A DNA stretch of 64,000 nucleotides from Paragordius varius. Taxonomy: Eukaryota; Animalia; Nematomorpha. Position numbers and translations under genes: made by a program. Below, one piece after another: positions 13,218-27,281 of this stretch. Where the stretch lies: the NCBI GenBank assembly GCA_964247055.1, contig OZ176054.1, positions 3,472,001-3,536,000 of the forward strand, in the 5' to 3' direction. Numbering within the stretch: the stretch's first letter is position 1; every line of letters begins with the position of its first letter. Under the pieces are notes generated by a model. That model was not told the DNA's origin. It did no database searches and saw only the letters and a list, made by a program, of their open reading frames with translations.

Positions 13218-15216
13218 AAAAAACTAGCAATATATTACATACACTTATACTATATTTATTATAGAATTTTCCATTCAGTATGAGTGACGAGATATTTAAT
13301 GAAGTCGAAACGTATTTATCCAATGATCAACGATCTGACTACGGAGAAGCATTTAATATGTCACAAATTGTTGAATGGATATTTGTTAATGGTTTTCTCA
13401 AAGCCCTTGTAAACATGATTCATTCCAATAATTTAGATGTTCGTTTTGCCATTATGGCTACTAACAAAGATGTATTTAATCCGTTTTGCATATACCCTAC
13501 GCCAGAGTTTAACCTTTCTCCAACTGCATATGAAAAGATGCCAGAAGTAAGCTTTAATGAGATAGTAAGGGGAAAATAGAGATGCGCTTTGATATGTATA
13601 CAGTAATTTATTAAAATAAAGCGTAAAATCCAAAAAAGTCTTTCTATAAACATCACATTTTTAAAACTTTGTTTTATTTTTAAAATTTAATATATTGTTT
13701 TGGGTCCAAAAATAAGGATATCTTATGTTTGACAATCTTATAAAAAATGTCATTTTCTTAAAAAATATTTTAGGTTTTTACTTTTGGGATTGTCCTTATT
13801 ATTTTAATATTTACCGTAAATATTTATAAATATATTTCATTCAGAAGCATATTATAAAATTTCATTCAAATGGTAGTTTTTAATTTGATCTAAAGAGCTT
13901 ATAGAACATATAATTAAAAACTATTTTATATACAATAAAATATAGTCAAATAATATCTTCTAAAATTAAATATATTAAGTCACCTATCAATAATAAAGCC
14001 GCTCACTTTTTTAATAAAACTAATTGTTTTTTATCATTCCGATTTTTTGTAATCTTTGCTCAAATAATAGTTTTCTATTTAATTAAGTTCTAATTATTTT
14101 AATGGAGAATTGTGTATAAGTGTCGAGCGACAGAAAGACTGATTAATCTAAAAAATCCATATTTGTTTAATACAAATCTAATATTGTTTTAGAAAGTTTT
14201 TTAATATTTTTCATTACATACACATAATTTGAATTTTTGGCATAGATATCATTTATTCCCGATCCTTGCGTGTTGGAAATTAATGGATGTACTATTGGCC
14301 TAACATCTATGGACACGTTATTTCAAATGAGCTCAGAGGAAATGTAATTATTTGTTACATGTAATTTTGCATTTCTAACAAATACAAAATATTTTTTTTA
14401 TAATTTAGTAAAACTAATTTTGTCTCCGATATAACGGATATAAACTGTAATAAAAAAATATTTAAAAAACATTCATATGTATATTTTTTATTTATAATGG
14501 GTGTTATATCGTTTTGTTAGTTTATTTTATTTTTTTTATTTTAATACTTTTTATCATATTTTTCAACGTTTACCCATATCAATAATATTGTGTTAATATT
14601 ATCTAATTAACAATCAAGTAATAAAACTTAAAATGTCATATGTAGATGTAAAGACTCATCGGATAGGATGGGTAGATTAGCCAGACATATAGTAGGACAA
14701 AAAAGGTATTTACATTAAATTTAAGTTTTTGCTACCTAATAATTTATGTGTTTATATTTTTAAACACTTTATATTTATTTTTTTGGTCTAGCTTTTATCC
14801 ATTGTACTTCCCATCAAACCCTGACACTCACATTGATTATGGGCTCTTTTACAAGTATGCCGTATGGAATGAGTGTCCAGATATACTTGTTTTTCCGTCA
14901 GATTTGAAGCATTTTATAAAGGTTTACTGTTAAATTTATTAATGTTTTTACCTAATTTTTTTAACCTAATAATATTTATTAGTTGAACATTAAACCACTG
15001 TATCGTCGTGATAACACCATATCTACTAATAATAATTTCTGAGTTTTATTCCTCTATAATTTACATAATTTGTAGGAGATAGAGGAAGCAGTTTATGTGG
15101 TGAACCCAGGTCGTTTCTCAAAGACGAGTAATGGAACCTTTTTACACATGTGCGTTGCAAAAAACGAAAATACCGCTGAAAAAATACTCTGCAATTTATC
15201 CATATTTAAATATTAA
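9495..15216 (+). CDS. POLA2: DNA polymerase alpha subunit B (14 exons inferred)
   Basis: Inferred exons: 9495-9576, 9600-9727, 9751-9834, 9857-10118, 10817-10939, 11307-11524, 11634-11750, 12225-12527, 12762-12800, 13265-13546, 14246-14343, 14646-14705, 14792-14921, 15076-15216. All introns are GT-AG and phase-compatible. Diagnostic peptides: DYTLFPGQ, ILVICGPF, IGPFMD, FIPDPCVLEINGCTIGLTSMD, SDRMGRLARHIVGQKSFYPLYFP, CPDILVFPSDLKHFIK, VVNPGRFSK. Confidence 0.93.
13177..13215. repeat. (TA)n microsatellite in a POLA2 intron
   Basis: Perfect TA run. Similar runs occur at ~9128, ~23951, ~43123, ~43846 and ~50117. Confidence 0.9.
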
Positions 15217-18200
15217 TAAATTATACACCAAAAATAGTTATATTAATTATTCAATTTTCATTGAATTTTTTTAATCTAGGTAAATTTTCATACATAACAA
15301 TTGATCTTAAGTATACTGATTTTGGTGTACTTAATGTGATTTAGCGTTTTGAAAAGTTTAACATTTTATTACAATTTCTATCTTTTTCTCTTTCATGACG
15401 TATTATTTTAGGAAAATTCCCTTTTTCTCCATTAATGACTGTTCTCTTTTATGTGGCAATTAATTGATTTATTTTATAAACCAACTACCAGCTGGAACAA
15501 AATGAACAAAATTAGCTAAAAATTTTTACAAATGATTTAAGCAAACAAAGATAATATTGGTACCCATAGAAGTATCTTGCTACCACAAAGATAAGAAGAG
15601 TTTTTTGTAAAAAAAATACCGAATATGTTAATTTATTAGATGTTGAAAGTTTAACTTTTAAATTCTAGTTCATCATGATATCCATTATTTAGATCTCATT
15701 TATAAGAACTTGATCTGTGCTAAACTTCACAACTCAAAAGCTACATATTCCTTGTTGTAAATACGGAATCTTCTGTTAACAATATAAACAAAAGCTAAAC
15801 TATATAATGTAAAACGCAATGAAATTACATTTAATATTATTAATTTTGTCTTTTTTATAAATATAATCCTTAATAAGCTTGAGAATGGTTAATTTTAAAA
15901 TCCACATAAAAAATAATGATCGTAATCTTTTAAGTTGTAAAAATTAATTTTGCGATGATTAATTTTCATTTATATTCTTGTTTTAACCATAATTTGTGTT
16001 GTTCAACCGTTGACAAAGGTTCATTTAATAGATGTCATGTAAAGAGAATGGAACGTCAGATAATTAATAGTGTTATAATTTTATTATTAGAATTAAGTTT
16101 GTATATGGAAAGGGGGGGGAGCGCAAAAAGATACCAATACAGTTAAAAATCTTGATAATATCTTTAAATACGGGTAATGAAATTTATATAAATAACTTGA
16201 AGTAACAGGTGCATACTTTAATTTCAACTATTCTGACACCTTTGTTTTAATAATGTAGAATTTGGCTATTTTCAAAAAAATGTAGGCTTTGTTTTAGGTT
16301 TTCATAATAAAGCACAGAGTGCGTAAGGAGCATGAGGTTCATCGCACCATTCCTTAAAAAGATTTTTTCAAACAAAAACTAATAAATAGTGTTTTAACAG
16401 AAATTTCCTGAAAAACGAAGATGATTTTCAGATTCAATGGTCATTTATATTTCATTGATAGTTTCCGCACTTTAGCTTAGCTATTGGGTTCAACCTCACT
16501 CGAGGGGGTAGGTCCAAAAGCAATGATTACTTGAGACATATTAAAGAAAAACCTGTAAGCCCTGTCACCAATTCCTACATAATTCATTTATGGCGCACAG
16601 ACGAGATTATAAATTTTAGACCCAGCCTCCTTATAAATAAGAAAAAACATTGTTGCTAAAAAATAGTAATAAGAAAAACAACTGCTTATACCCGATTTAC
16701 AAAAAGAGCCCTGCCATTTCATTTAAATAAAATATTGGTTTAGTTTATATGTTTTGGCTTCATTATTTTAATTTTTGCTGTATTTTGTATTAGTATCTAC
16801 TATATCATATCTAGTATATGATAACTAATATTTTAAACATTCTAATTTAATTCAAATGCCGTATGTAATATATTGTTGGGTAGCTAGCTCTATTTGTATC
16901 ATAAACTTTACAATAGCTGTATGTATCTTCTTCGCCCAATGCATGCGTTTGTCCCTTACAATTTTGGCACAAATGGGGTGTAAGGTATATTAACATTTGA
17001 AACCCAATATTCAATCGAATCAAAATTTTATATCGTAAAACGAATTAAAATCATTATCAGTATTGTAAAAATGATTTTTTATAATTAATAAAAAAAGAAA
17101 ATTTTTCCAAATTAAGTTATAGACACATATTATTTAATTGATTATCAACATTACATTCGAAATAATTTTTGATGAAATAAATATTAGTTAATAGTGAAGT
17201 AACCTTTGGCTTTTAATAAACGAAAATTTGATATTTTACAATATTAATTTTCAAGAATCCAATTTTTTTGCGGTCACGTAATTGATATATTTAACATATA
17301 TTTATATGCCTATTCTTAAATATTAGCAGAGTTTTTTTATAAATTTATCCTCTTTTGTATCCATCCAATGAATAGATTAATTAGCCAAAATTTATCAGAT
17401 TAAAATTTATAGCATTAACAAAGGTTTGAATTAAATATAAAGCCTAATTATACATAAATTGTTTCCAAAAAAATTTTATCCATATTTTTAAATCTGTCAA
17501 GTGTGCCCTACACCACACTTGCAAAATCTTTAAGTATTACCTTATATGATTTTTATCACCTTCGAATCAAGTTCTGCTTGACTTAAGTCGTGTAATGTTA
17601 AATTTTTTTTATCATATGAAAACAAGCCATGACTTGTAAAACTTGCAAGTCAAGTCAAAAAAAATTTTCTATCACCCGACCCCATGTCAAATAAATTATA
17701 ATATTATATCATTCAAAAGAGTAATAAAAATTTTATAAAATACATAGTAATATGTTTACATCGATGGTTAATATAGAAAATAGGAATCGAACCCGCAAAG
17801 CGATAACGTTTTTTTAACACTAATTGATGAAAACCTAAACTTTGTGGCTAATTTTTATTTTTGAGTTTATCCAAAAAAATTATATTACAAAGTTTTTTTG
17901 AAAAGGATTATGTTGCCAAGTTCACTACAAAAAAAATTATATAATTAAATTTTAACCTACACAATTTAACCGTAGTTTATTTCGTTTAAAGGGGTGCAAA
18001 ACTACCCCAACATATGTAGAAAACACTGTAGCTTGTTAAATTTAAATTATTTTTTTAAATTTTCGTACCAAAAGGGTCGCTGAGGAGCAGGCCGGGGGTG
18101 CGTGGACGCTTAAAATAACAAAAAGTTATATTTATAATTGTAATTTTTGTTTTAAATAATTAATCCGAAATTTGTAAAGTGAGAGAATATATATGAGTTT

Positions 18201-18351
18201 TATCAATACACTATATAAGAGCTTATTTATGCCTTTGAATATCTTTTAAATGTTCTTTTTTATTGTGAAATTGCGTAAAATGTAAATTTTTGGTCACATG
18301 GAAGTCCTTTATTAGTTTGTAAACTTCCACATCACCTGAAAATCTTCAAAC

Positions 18352-19090
18352 ATGGGTGTTGATATGAGGCATAATAAATTACGGAAAACTGGAAGAAAAA
18401 CTCCTAAAACTGATAATCCTTACATTGTTTTGCTCTTTAAGGTTGATTTTATTCTTAAATATAGCTTTACAAATATATGGCATCAAAAACTAATTCGAAG
18501 TTTAATCAAATTATTTTAAAACGTCTAATGATGAGCCGTAGCAATAGACCCCCTATTTCTTTAGCAAGAGTGGTAAATTATTAACATGCCTACTAAAATA
18601 TATATGCAACAATTTTTTTAATTATGTTTTATTTTAGGTTCGAAAATCTAAAGGTAAGGAAGATAAATTAATAGTCGTTGTTGGTAAGATTACCGATGAT
18701 AAGCGCATATATAAAATTCCCCAGCTTAAGGTAATTTGTGTTTAGAATTGTAGGTTTGTTCTCTATCGATATCTAAAAATGCAAGAAAAAGATTAGTAGA
18801 CGCAGGTGGTGAGTATTTTACCCTTGATCAATTACCACTTAAAGCACCGCTTGGACAAAATACTATATTATTGCAAGGTATTGTACTCACATATCCATTA
18901 ATAATTTTTTTTAAAAATAAATTAAAATAAAAATTTTTGAATAGGTCCACGTAAAGCCAGAGAAGTGTATAGACATTTTGGTTTAGCCCCTGGTGTACCT
19001 CATAGCCACACTAAACCGTATGTCCGTTCAAACGGTCGAAAGTTTGAGCGTGCTCGTGGCCGAAGGAAGAATTGTGGTTACAAATGTTAG
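18352..19090 (+). CDS. RPL18: 60S ribosomal protein L18 (eL18), 5 exons
   Basis: Exons 18352-18441, 18465-18572, 18638-18730, 18754-18877, 18945-19090. Product [12 protein letters not shown]...[18 protein letters not shown]...[41 protein letters not shown]. Introns are 23, 65, 23 and 67 nt. Confidence 0.97.
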
Positions 19091-19429
19091 TTTAATAAAC
19101 CATCTTTTTGCGAAACAAAATAAATGTTTACATTTGTCTAATTATCTTTATAACTATACTGTAGACAAGTGATATTTTATATTTTTAAAGAATATTAATT
19201 TCGCAACTACAAACGCAATAGATGAATGAAATGTTAAATTTTATTAAGGAAATAATGGAATTTAGAATCAATTAATTTTTTGAAATAGCAAAATGAATTT
19301 TATTTGCAAATAAGATGACGCGCTCATGTATTAAAATACTTTTTCCACTTAAATTTTAGTACTATAAGGAAACATTAACTTTTATAATAATCGTATTTAA
19401 AAAAAATTTACCCTTTGCTTTAACACAAA

Positions 19430-19810
19430 AATTACAGTGGACCGCCTAACCCATATTGACCACGATTGCTGGACAATGCATACGCCATTATCGGGATGAT
19501 TCTTTTTAAAAAATATTTTTAATTGAGAGCTCTATAATAACCGACAAACATTTTGGAATGAGTGTTTAACTTTGCGATTATAATTAAAAAAAATTATTCC
19601 CTTGTTAAATTCAAGAAAGCAGATGATGATCACAGGATGAGCTAATTAGTTTAAAAGCGCTGTCTCTAAAGCTTATTATGAGTCAGGGTGATATTAAAGG
19701 AGTCCATTAAAGCGATTAAAATACTTAACAAATCAACTCACCCATAACCTAAAAGGTTCTTAACGTTATCGAGCTACTGTGGGTTACTTCTTTATAAAAA
19801 TTACCAGCAT
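19430..19810 (+). pseudogene. Possible highly decayed Ty3/gypsy reverse transcriptase fragment
   Basis: Interrupted peptides IAGQCIRHYRDD (YxDD-like) and IKAIKILNKSTHP*PKRFLTLSSYCG resemble the RT core and thumb. Weak. Confidence 0.3.
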
Positions 19811-20546
19811 TAATATAAACAGAAAAGATGCTTTATCTTGCATTATTTTTATATATAGTTAATGCACATAAATTTTTACATGCAGGTTTTTCCAAACAAA
19901 TAATTATTATCAAAGTTTTTATAAATCTTTTTTATTTCGGTGCTTTAATGTTATATATGCATTTGCTTTCAATTTGTTCCATATTTTTAGTAATATTTGA
20001 TTGTAAACAAACCGGGGGTCCCCAAAAACCTCAATTTAAATCGGAGAACTGAATGAATATGTCCTTAGTGTTTAATAATTTTGCCGTGGTTATAGTATAT
20101 TATTCCAGTAATTTTGTTTAAATGGATTATTATATAAAGTTAGCATTAGAGATTAAAATCGCTTTGTTCCGGTTCCTAATCATCTTTATCTGGTAATCCT
20201 AAGTTTTATCTATATAAGCCGAATGAAAAAATAACCGAAATTAATTGAATAAACTTTTTTCTAATAGATATTCAAAAATTAAAATTTAATCTAATAAGAT
20301 TAATTATAGAATATTATAAAAGAAGGTGTTTTCAGAAAGTCTATTAATCTAAAATTAATTTGCAAATGATGTTTTTAAATAATATTATTATAAAATAAAA
20401 AGACACCAGAAAATACTTTAGGATAATAGAATATAATTAACAGCGTTATCAATCAACCGAAACATTAATATCAAAATTATAACACAGTGAATTTGGGAAA
20501 TAATTATATTATTTATCATATCGAAATAATTTATTATCCATAGTAG

Positions 20547-22177
20547 TTAATTATTAATAGAATCCGCACTTTTTCCACGGGCTAATTTTGTAAAATCTAT
20601 TATTTTATTTGATGGATATTTCTCCATAAATCGTGGTATTTCTTTGTTCAATAGTTCATAAAGATCTGTATTGTCATGACTGTACTTCCAACACCCGTTA
20701 ACATAATCAAATCGTTTTGGGCCACTGTAAAATTATAAACGATAAAATTTAAATAGAACAAATAGTATGGTTTAAAAAATATATTCTCACAATATCCTTA
20801 ATTTAATGCAAAAAAAATTTCAGTATATTGAATATGGCTATCAAATATTAACCTTACTGGCGACGATAGCCAAATTTGCTGATTCGGGGTTTGTTTGTTA
20901 ATGACATATGTCCCTTTTTTACCCGGCAAATTTACGGTTAAAACTCCATCCTAAATATGCAAAAGTTATTGAATTAATATAAACTATCATTATAAATTCT
21001 TTTAACATGATAAAATTCAGGATTCAGATTCTAATTAATTTTTTAAAATATACTTTTATTCATAATTAAAACTTATCTATCCATCTAACATATCAATAAA
21101 ATAAACATTTTTGTCTTAATTAAATATATTGTATGTTTTGACACAAAAAAGTTAAAAAGACCAATTGTTATTAAAAAATCGTAATTATAGAGATTGTTGA
21201 TTATCCACATTGATTTATAATATATTTATTTTGCTTCAAAATAAACAAAATCTACAATTTTTTGCTCACATTATTTTGACTTATTGGTATTCTCGATCAT
21301 TCATAAAAAAAATTTAATATGATTAATAATTATTGTCAAAGCAGAGTTTTCAATCAACAAATGTTAATTTTAATTAACACCGGAACTTTGGGGGAAGTTT
21401 TATAACCCAGAACGATTTGAAATTCGAATATATTAAAAAATATTAAAGGTATTGGCTCGAATTAAAAAATATGCTTTCTTTAGCCTTTTGGGCGCATTTT
21501 TTTGTAAAAGTAAGATCGTAAAAAATCTTCTCAAACTTTTTCGCCGTCAGCAAAAATGATGTTTAACTCAATCGTGTTTTTAAGCTCCAATTTTAGAGTC
21601 TAGTAATAACAAAACTTTTTTAATACAGGAAAACAATGTTTGTTATGAAATAACTTACAAAAAATATTTATTTAGCTCTGATATTCGAAATTATACCAAT
21701 AGGTCATTGCGGACAAAAAAAGAATATGAAGTGTCTAAATTTCCGATTGCGAAAATAAAAAAAAGACAAAAATTCCCTAATTATGTAAATATATATATAT
21801 ATACATTTTAAAATAGTGAAAAAAAATAATTATAATTTTAAACGAAGAGGTGTATGTTAAAACTAAATAAACTAAAATATTAAATATGTTTGATGGATTC
21901 ATTTTCGAAAAAATTACCGTATAGGTAACATCGTATGAGGAATCACAAAATTCCTCAAATGATTCAAAGTATTCAGCTAAGGCAAGCAAAGTGTCTTCCG
22001 AAATATTTTGAAAACTACATAGAAAAAATTATACTTGATAATCTCAGGCCTTTTATCAAATGTCGCATTATATGCTTTATCGCAATTATTATCTTGTAAT
22101 TTGTAAAGTCTTGGTGGTTGTGTGTGGAATGCGTTAAATTTTTTAAATTTATAAATATATAATCTTAAAAATTGCAT
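20547..22177 (-). CDS. FXN: Frataxin, mitochondrial (171 aa, 4 exons)
   Basis: Minus-strand exons 22177-22035, 22014-21918, 20950-20853, 20724-20547. Peptides [60 protein letters not shown]. The basic N-terminus fits a mitochondrial presequence; exon 1 is less certain than the rest. Confidence 0.92.
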
Positions 22178-23350
22178 TCAAGCTTTCTATTTATAATTTC
22201 GGCTAATCTAAAACAAGAATAATACTTTTTAATGCTGAAAAATATTCTTCAGAATCATTTTTTATGTATATATTCAAATTAATTGGATTAAAATAGGAAA
22301 CCATAAAATATTATCGCAATTTACTTTTGAAGTTTTTAACTCGCTGGCTAGAATAATAAGTTCTTTATCGCTGTAATTGACAAAAAAAGTTTTATTTAGC
22401 GTCATATGTTAAACATTTATTAAATATCACATGTAAATAGAGGGTCCAATTAAGTTTGATTAATTACATTAGATTTCGCATTTTCTGATATTTACTATCA
22501 TTTTAATAGTAAATCTGAATACTATCATTTCACCTAAGAATTTTTAATTTGATTTTTTTATGCGTCCTCTTTATCAAAATTTTACTAAAAAATTATTTTT
22601 GAAAATATACAACAAATGCCCATTTAATAAAAAATTTTAAAATGCATTCTAATATATCTTAATTGGATAGTTAATATTGAACATAGGAAGCGACATACCC
22701 GCGAAGCGAGAACGTTTTTCTTAATTTATATATTTTTAAACTGTCCAAAAAAGATAACACAGGAAAGTTTTTTTGATTAAAAAGTTATTGCTTTTATACC
22801 ATTCAAAACAGCCATTGTGTTTTTCGATTTTTAAAAAATTACCATCTCATATTAATTTATTTTCTTTGGAGGCTTATAATTAAAATTTTAATATTTTTAA
22901 GGATTATGTATTAAATTTAGGTATATTTATGCATTCCAATATCCACTAGGTAAAATAATTTTGGTGATAATTATTTTTAAAAAGCAAACCAAAAGCTTTT
23001 CAAGATTTTTGTTTTATTTTTCCCCTAATGTCCTAATAATTATGTAAAATAATTTATATGATTTTTAAATTAGTTTGTCTGTGAAAATTTTTGTCTCATT
23101 TAAGGGTTAAAATTTTTACCATATAAACTCAAAAAACTTTTACATTAAATTGATTTGAATGACAAACTACGGTTCGAAAGATACAGTTTTTCGCGCTCTT
23201 TCGAATGATATAAAATACATAGATAGCTCTTTTGAGCTTTTAATTTGGAAAATTTCAATTAATATGTTAAATCGGGGTCAAAAATTATCACCTAATAGAA
23301 TCTTAGGTGTTATACCAATTTTTTTCAGATATACAATTTATCTATTTTAA

Positions 23351-23930
23351 CACTTGGATACATCACATTCATTTTAGTCTTTTGATTCAAATTGGGTTAG
23401 TTGAATACCCCAAACCTGTTCAATTTTTAAATTCTTTTAAAAAATATAGAAGAAATCGAAACCATGGCAAATTTTTGTACTTATATAACATTAATAAACC
23501 GAAATATATAAAAAAATTTATTCAAAAATACTTGATATTACTTATTTTAAGCTAAAACATAAAAAGTAAAAATTTGGTTAAAGTGACATGTGTGCAAAGG
23601 TAAAATTGAAAAATATTACAAAATAAACCGCTTTTTCTATTTCTTTCAATGTTAGATGTATTTTAAATAAAAAATTAGATTTAATTTTACCCTTAAAATT
23701 AAATGAAGACGATATTTTCCAAATATCTTGTAATATAAAAATGGCGTCGAAGTTGTTTGACATGAAGCTTATTTTTCAAAACAAATTTTATTCAGATATT
23801 TTGGGATATTTATATAATTTTTATTAGGATCGAAGCATAAATTTAAATTGGGACCGTTTCCTTCAGTAGTTTTTTAAAAATTCTAACTCAAATTTAGTCT
23901 GGGGTATTTAGATACCCCAATTTGAATCGA
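23351..23930 (-). mobile_element. piggyBac-type MITE, family A, inverted, one end clipped
   Basis: TTAA|CACTTGGATAC at 23347-23361 followed by the reverse complement of the 7770 copy. The last ~8 nt of the other TIR are missing. Confidence 0.8.
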
Positions 23931-23946
23931 GTCAAAGAAAGTCAAA

Positions 23947-23981
<35 letters not shown>

Positions 23982-24429
23982 CATTAAGTATTACCAGATA
24001 TTATAATAGAGAAAATTGTTATTAGTTAATAACCGCAAAAAGGCAAAAATAACGTCCAATAACCTTTCTCCTTACTGTATTGGTACCTGTCAATAATTAA
24101 ATAAAAACTAGCATTGTTTATACTGTAAAAGCATATATTAATAAGTGTTATCGCGCAATCTCGCAATTTTTGTGTGTATAACCCATTTTAACATGCTTGA
24201 TTTAAAAATATTGGGGCCTTTTCTAACAACTAAAATAAATATTGTTCACAACATTTTAAGAATATTTTTGGATTCGAGAATCCAGTATATCTTATAACGC
24301 ACGCTTATATTGCAATTATTCGATATAAGGGCAAGCACAAATGTTTAAATATTTGTTAATATGGTGACTGACCACCTTGGTTGCATCTATATTATAACCA
24401 AAAATATATTATATATTTCGTATTTTTCC

Positions 24430-26225
24430 ATACTATCAATGTCAAATTTAATCATTATTTCTGCAAAAGGACCTGATATTCATTGCAGTTTTTAGCTGTC
24501 AATAGTTTAAAATAGGATATTGTTACAAATTTCAAACTGGAAGTACTTAAAATGGGAATACTACGATTAAATCTCCATATCGTCGGGTTAAGTAGATTAA
24601 ACAAATAGGCAAAGGTATTCTAGATATGGGTTTTTAATTTACTACTCAGGTAATGGCTTATTCAATGTAAACGGTGTCGCATTTTTAATCCCAAAATCTG
24701 CTACCAAGTTAAGCCGAATAAATGAATAAAAACCCGGATTTTAACCATAAAATTTAACACAACAAATCCCCAACCCTAATACAAATATATCTACCCAATT
24801 GGTTAAGTACTGAATAAAATATTATTTTATACGAAAGTGAGTGAAGTTAAAAAAGTATTTCCATATATGCTTTTATTTATAGGAGTTATATTTAATTATT
24901 AATACTAGATTATAACCTGCAGTCAGACTGTTTAATCAATGAGGCAGGTAATCTCCTCCACTTCTGGATCGAAAACAATTTGTCTATGGCAATTTTTTAG
25001 ATTGCATAAAAAATGTTTTTGCTCTTAAACATCTACAAATTTAAGAAAAATCAAAATAGATAAATTTATTGGTCAATTAAAAGATATATTTTAAGAATTT
25101 CACTGGAGATGCCTGGTCGCCAGGTTGAGAGAGAGTATGCCAGCAAACGTCAAATTTTCGAAAAAAATACCAGAAAAAATAATCAATCCGGTCCAATTCA
25201 TCAGATATTTAAAAGGAATTTGCGATATCCCTGCATTAAAAATTTAAAACTTGGAAACCCACAGATATTGAAATACAATGGCTAGCTTTTCCATACAATG
25301 TAAAAGACACAAGCCATTTATCTTGTAATAAAATCATTCTAGGCACAGTCACATCTTTCCTGACGAAGAACCTCCACTCTCTTAGGCGAGATTACTTAAT
25401 TAATCTCAATAGGTAAATTTATACAATAAAAATAAAATTAACGAAATCTGCAAAAACATAGGATTATAATTGAAAAAAAAGGATACAATAACTCCTTTCA
25501 CGGTAATATTTAATTAAAAAATGAAAAACCACAACATGTATTGTAGCATCTTCATAAAAGCGGGCCAAATCACTAATTTTTAAGTCATTAAAGGAGAATG
25601 TTGTTTATCAAAAAAATATATTCAAATCTGACCCAGCATATTAATATAAAGAATGAACCCAGTATTCTAACAGGAGAAGTAAAACGGTTATCAACTTGTT
25701 TATCGTAAAAAAATCACTCTATGTCATAATATTATTGGAAGTATCCAAACTAATTCCTTTTGACAACAGTCCCAACTCAGATACCTTATTTATTAGAATC
25801 GCGTATGGCCTTATACGGTGACCCAATCATTTTTTACCTCTATAGGTAGATCGCTATAAACAATCAACTTTCAAAGACTATTAAAATATTCAATTTAAAC
25901 TTTCCAATAGTCTAAATCCGAAATTCATTAATCACATGCTGGCATTTATATCGGCAAATCTACGCATAACCACCTCTAAGGTGGATTTTAGAAAATTTAA
26001 AGGTTAAAAAACCGCTCTGACGAATATTCACAAGATTTTGATAACATTATATGTGGCAAATTTATAGGATATACTTAAATTTTACAATCCGCATCATATA
26101 ATATAATTGATACTAACTGTACTCTACACAAGAAGCCTCCATTAAAACTTCTTTAGGGGATACTGAATAGTCCCATATAAAAAGGGTAGGACAGGGCTCT
26201 ATTCCACCCCAAGTTTTTTATTATA
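24430..26225 (+). mobile_element. Decayed RTE-clade (BovB-like) LINE: endonuclease plus RT remnants
   Basis: KLEVLKMGILRLNLHIVGLS..YYSGNGLFNVNGVAFLIPK (APE domain, ~24530-24700). DFRK, EYSQDFD and VGQGSIPPQVFYY (RT motifs, ~25980-26225). Many stops; cut by a MITE at 26226. Confidence 0.75.
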
Positions 26226-26544
26226 CCATTTACAGTCCAAATTCACCCTTGACCAATTAAAATTTACCCTTGAACAATTCAAATTCACCCTCGAACAATT
26301 CAAACTCAGCCTAAAGTAAATTATGTGTTTTTTTAAATTAAAAATTACCTAAATTTTTTATATTTTTTAAAAAAAATGAAATTTTGTTTAAAATTAATAT
26401 AATACTGAAAAAATAATAAACTATTCCATTAAAATATATTTCATATTAATGATGAGTTATATTAGAAAACGCATAATTTATTTTTAGGGTGAATTATTGT
26501 TCGAATGTCAATTTGAATTGAAGGGTAAATTTTAATGTAAATGG
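26226..26544. mobile_element. TA-flanked MITE, family C, with 21-bp subterminal repeats
   Basis: TA|CCATTTACA ... TGTAAATGG with tandem AAATTCACCCT(T/C)GAACAATTC units. Relatives at 42822, 46472, 54589 and 56443. Confidence 0.75.
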
Positions 26545-27281
26545 TGTATATATATATAATGAGAATATTTAACACACATCATTTTATACAACAATTCTTT
26601 GGATCATGCCACCGAATTAACTATAAACCTTCTGATAATTAAATCCACGCGGCAGAATATAGCAAAGTTACAAGATATGATAGAAACTCTGCCATTAAAT
26701 GTTAATGTGTAAATAATATCTTAACAAAAATGAAACTATACTCCAATAAAACAGTCGAGGTCGTAAAATACCAGTAATTAGGAATTAATAATAAATGGAG
26801 AGATCCTCAATGAGATTAACACTTTATGATTTTGGGGTAGTTTTATACCCCAGGGCCAGTTAAAATTTAAATATTGGGCCAAATTTAATATGCTTTCTTA
26901 AGCCTTTTAGGCGCATGATTTAAAAAAATTTGTTAAAAATGTAAAATGGTAATAAATTATTATCTTAAATTTTTCGCCGCCATTCTTTTCCTTAAATTTT
27001 ATCGCAAAAAAACAGCTATAATGTTTATTATGGTTTAAAAAAGAATTACTTACAAAAGCTTTCAAATTTAATTCCGCCACCAACTTTTTGATACTTATCG
27101 ATTTAATATCAGCTGAATCGTGTTTTAGAGTTTTCTGAATTCGGTACAATAATGAACTTTTCATTTTTCGAACACGATGATCATTTGGGGTTATTTTCTC
27201 CAGAACTTAACAGAAAACTATTATTTTGAAAGTTATTTGCTGTACTAGACAAAAAATATTTCACAGTTTTTAACTTTAAGA

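Noticed and set aside
14409-14446. Possible extra POLA2 exon
   Set aside because: It is phase-compatible, but direct splicing 14343 to 14646 matches the homolog spacing (EEI..SDR) better. Not excluded as an alternative exon.
17778-17800. tRNA T-arm/B-box-like GGGTTCGATTCC on the minus strand
   Set aside because: No A-box or cloverleaf can be built from the flanks.
22200-23150. Short open frames upstream of frataxin on both strands
   Set aside because: I could not assemble a consistent exon chain or recognise a product.
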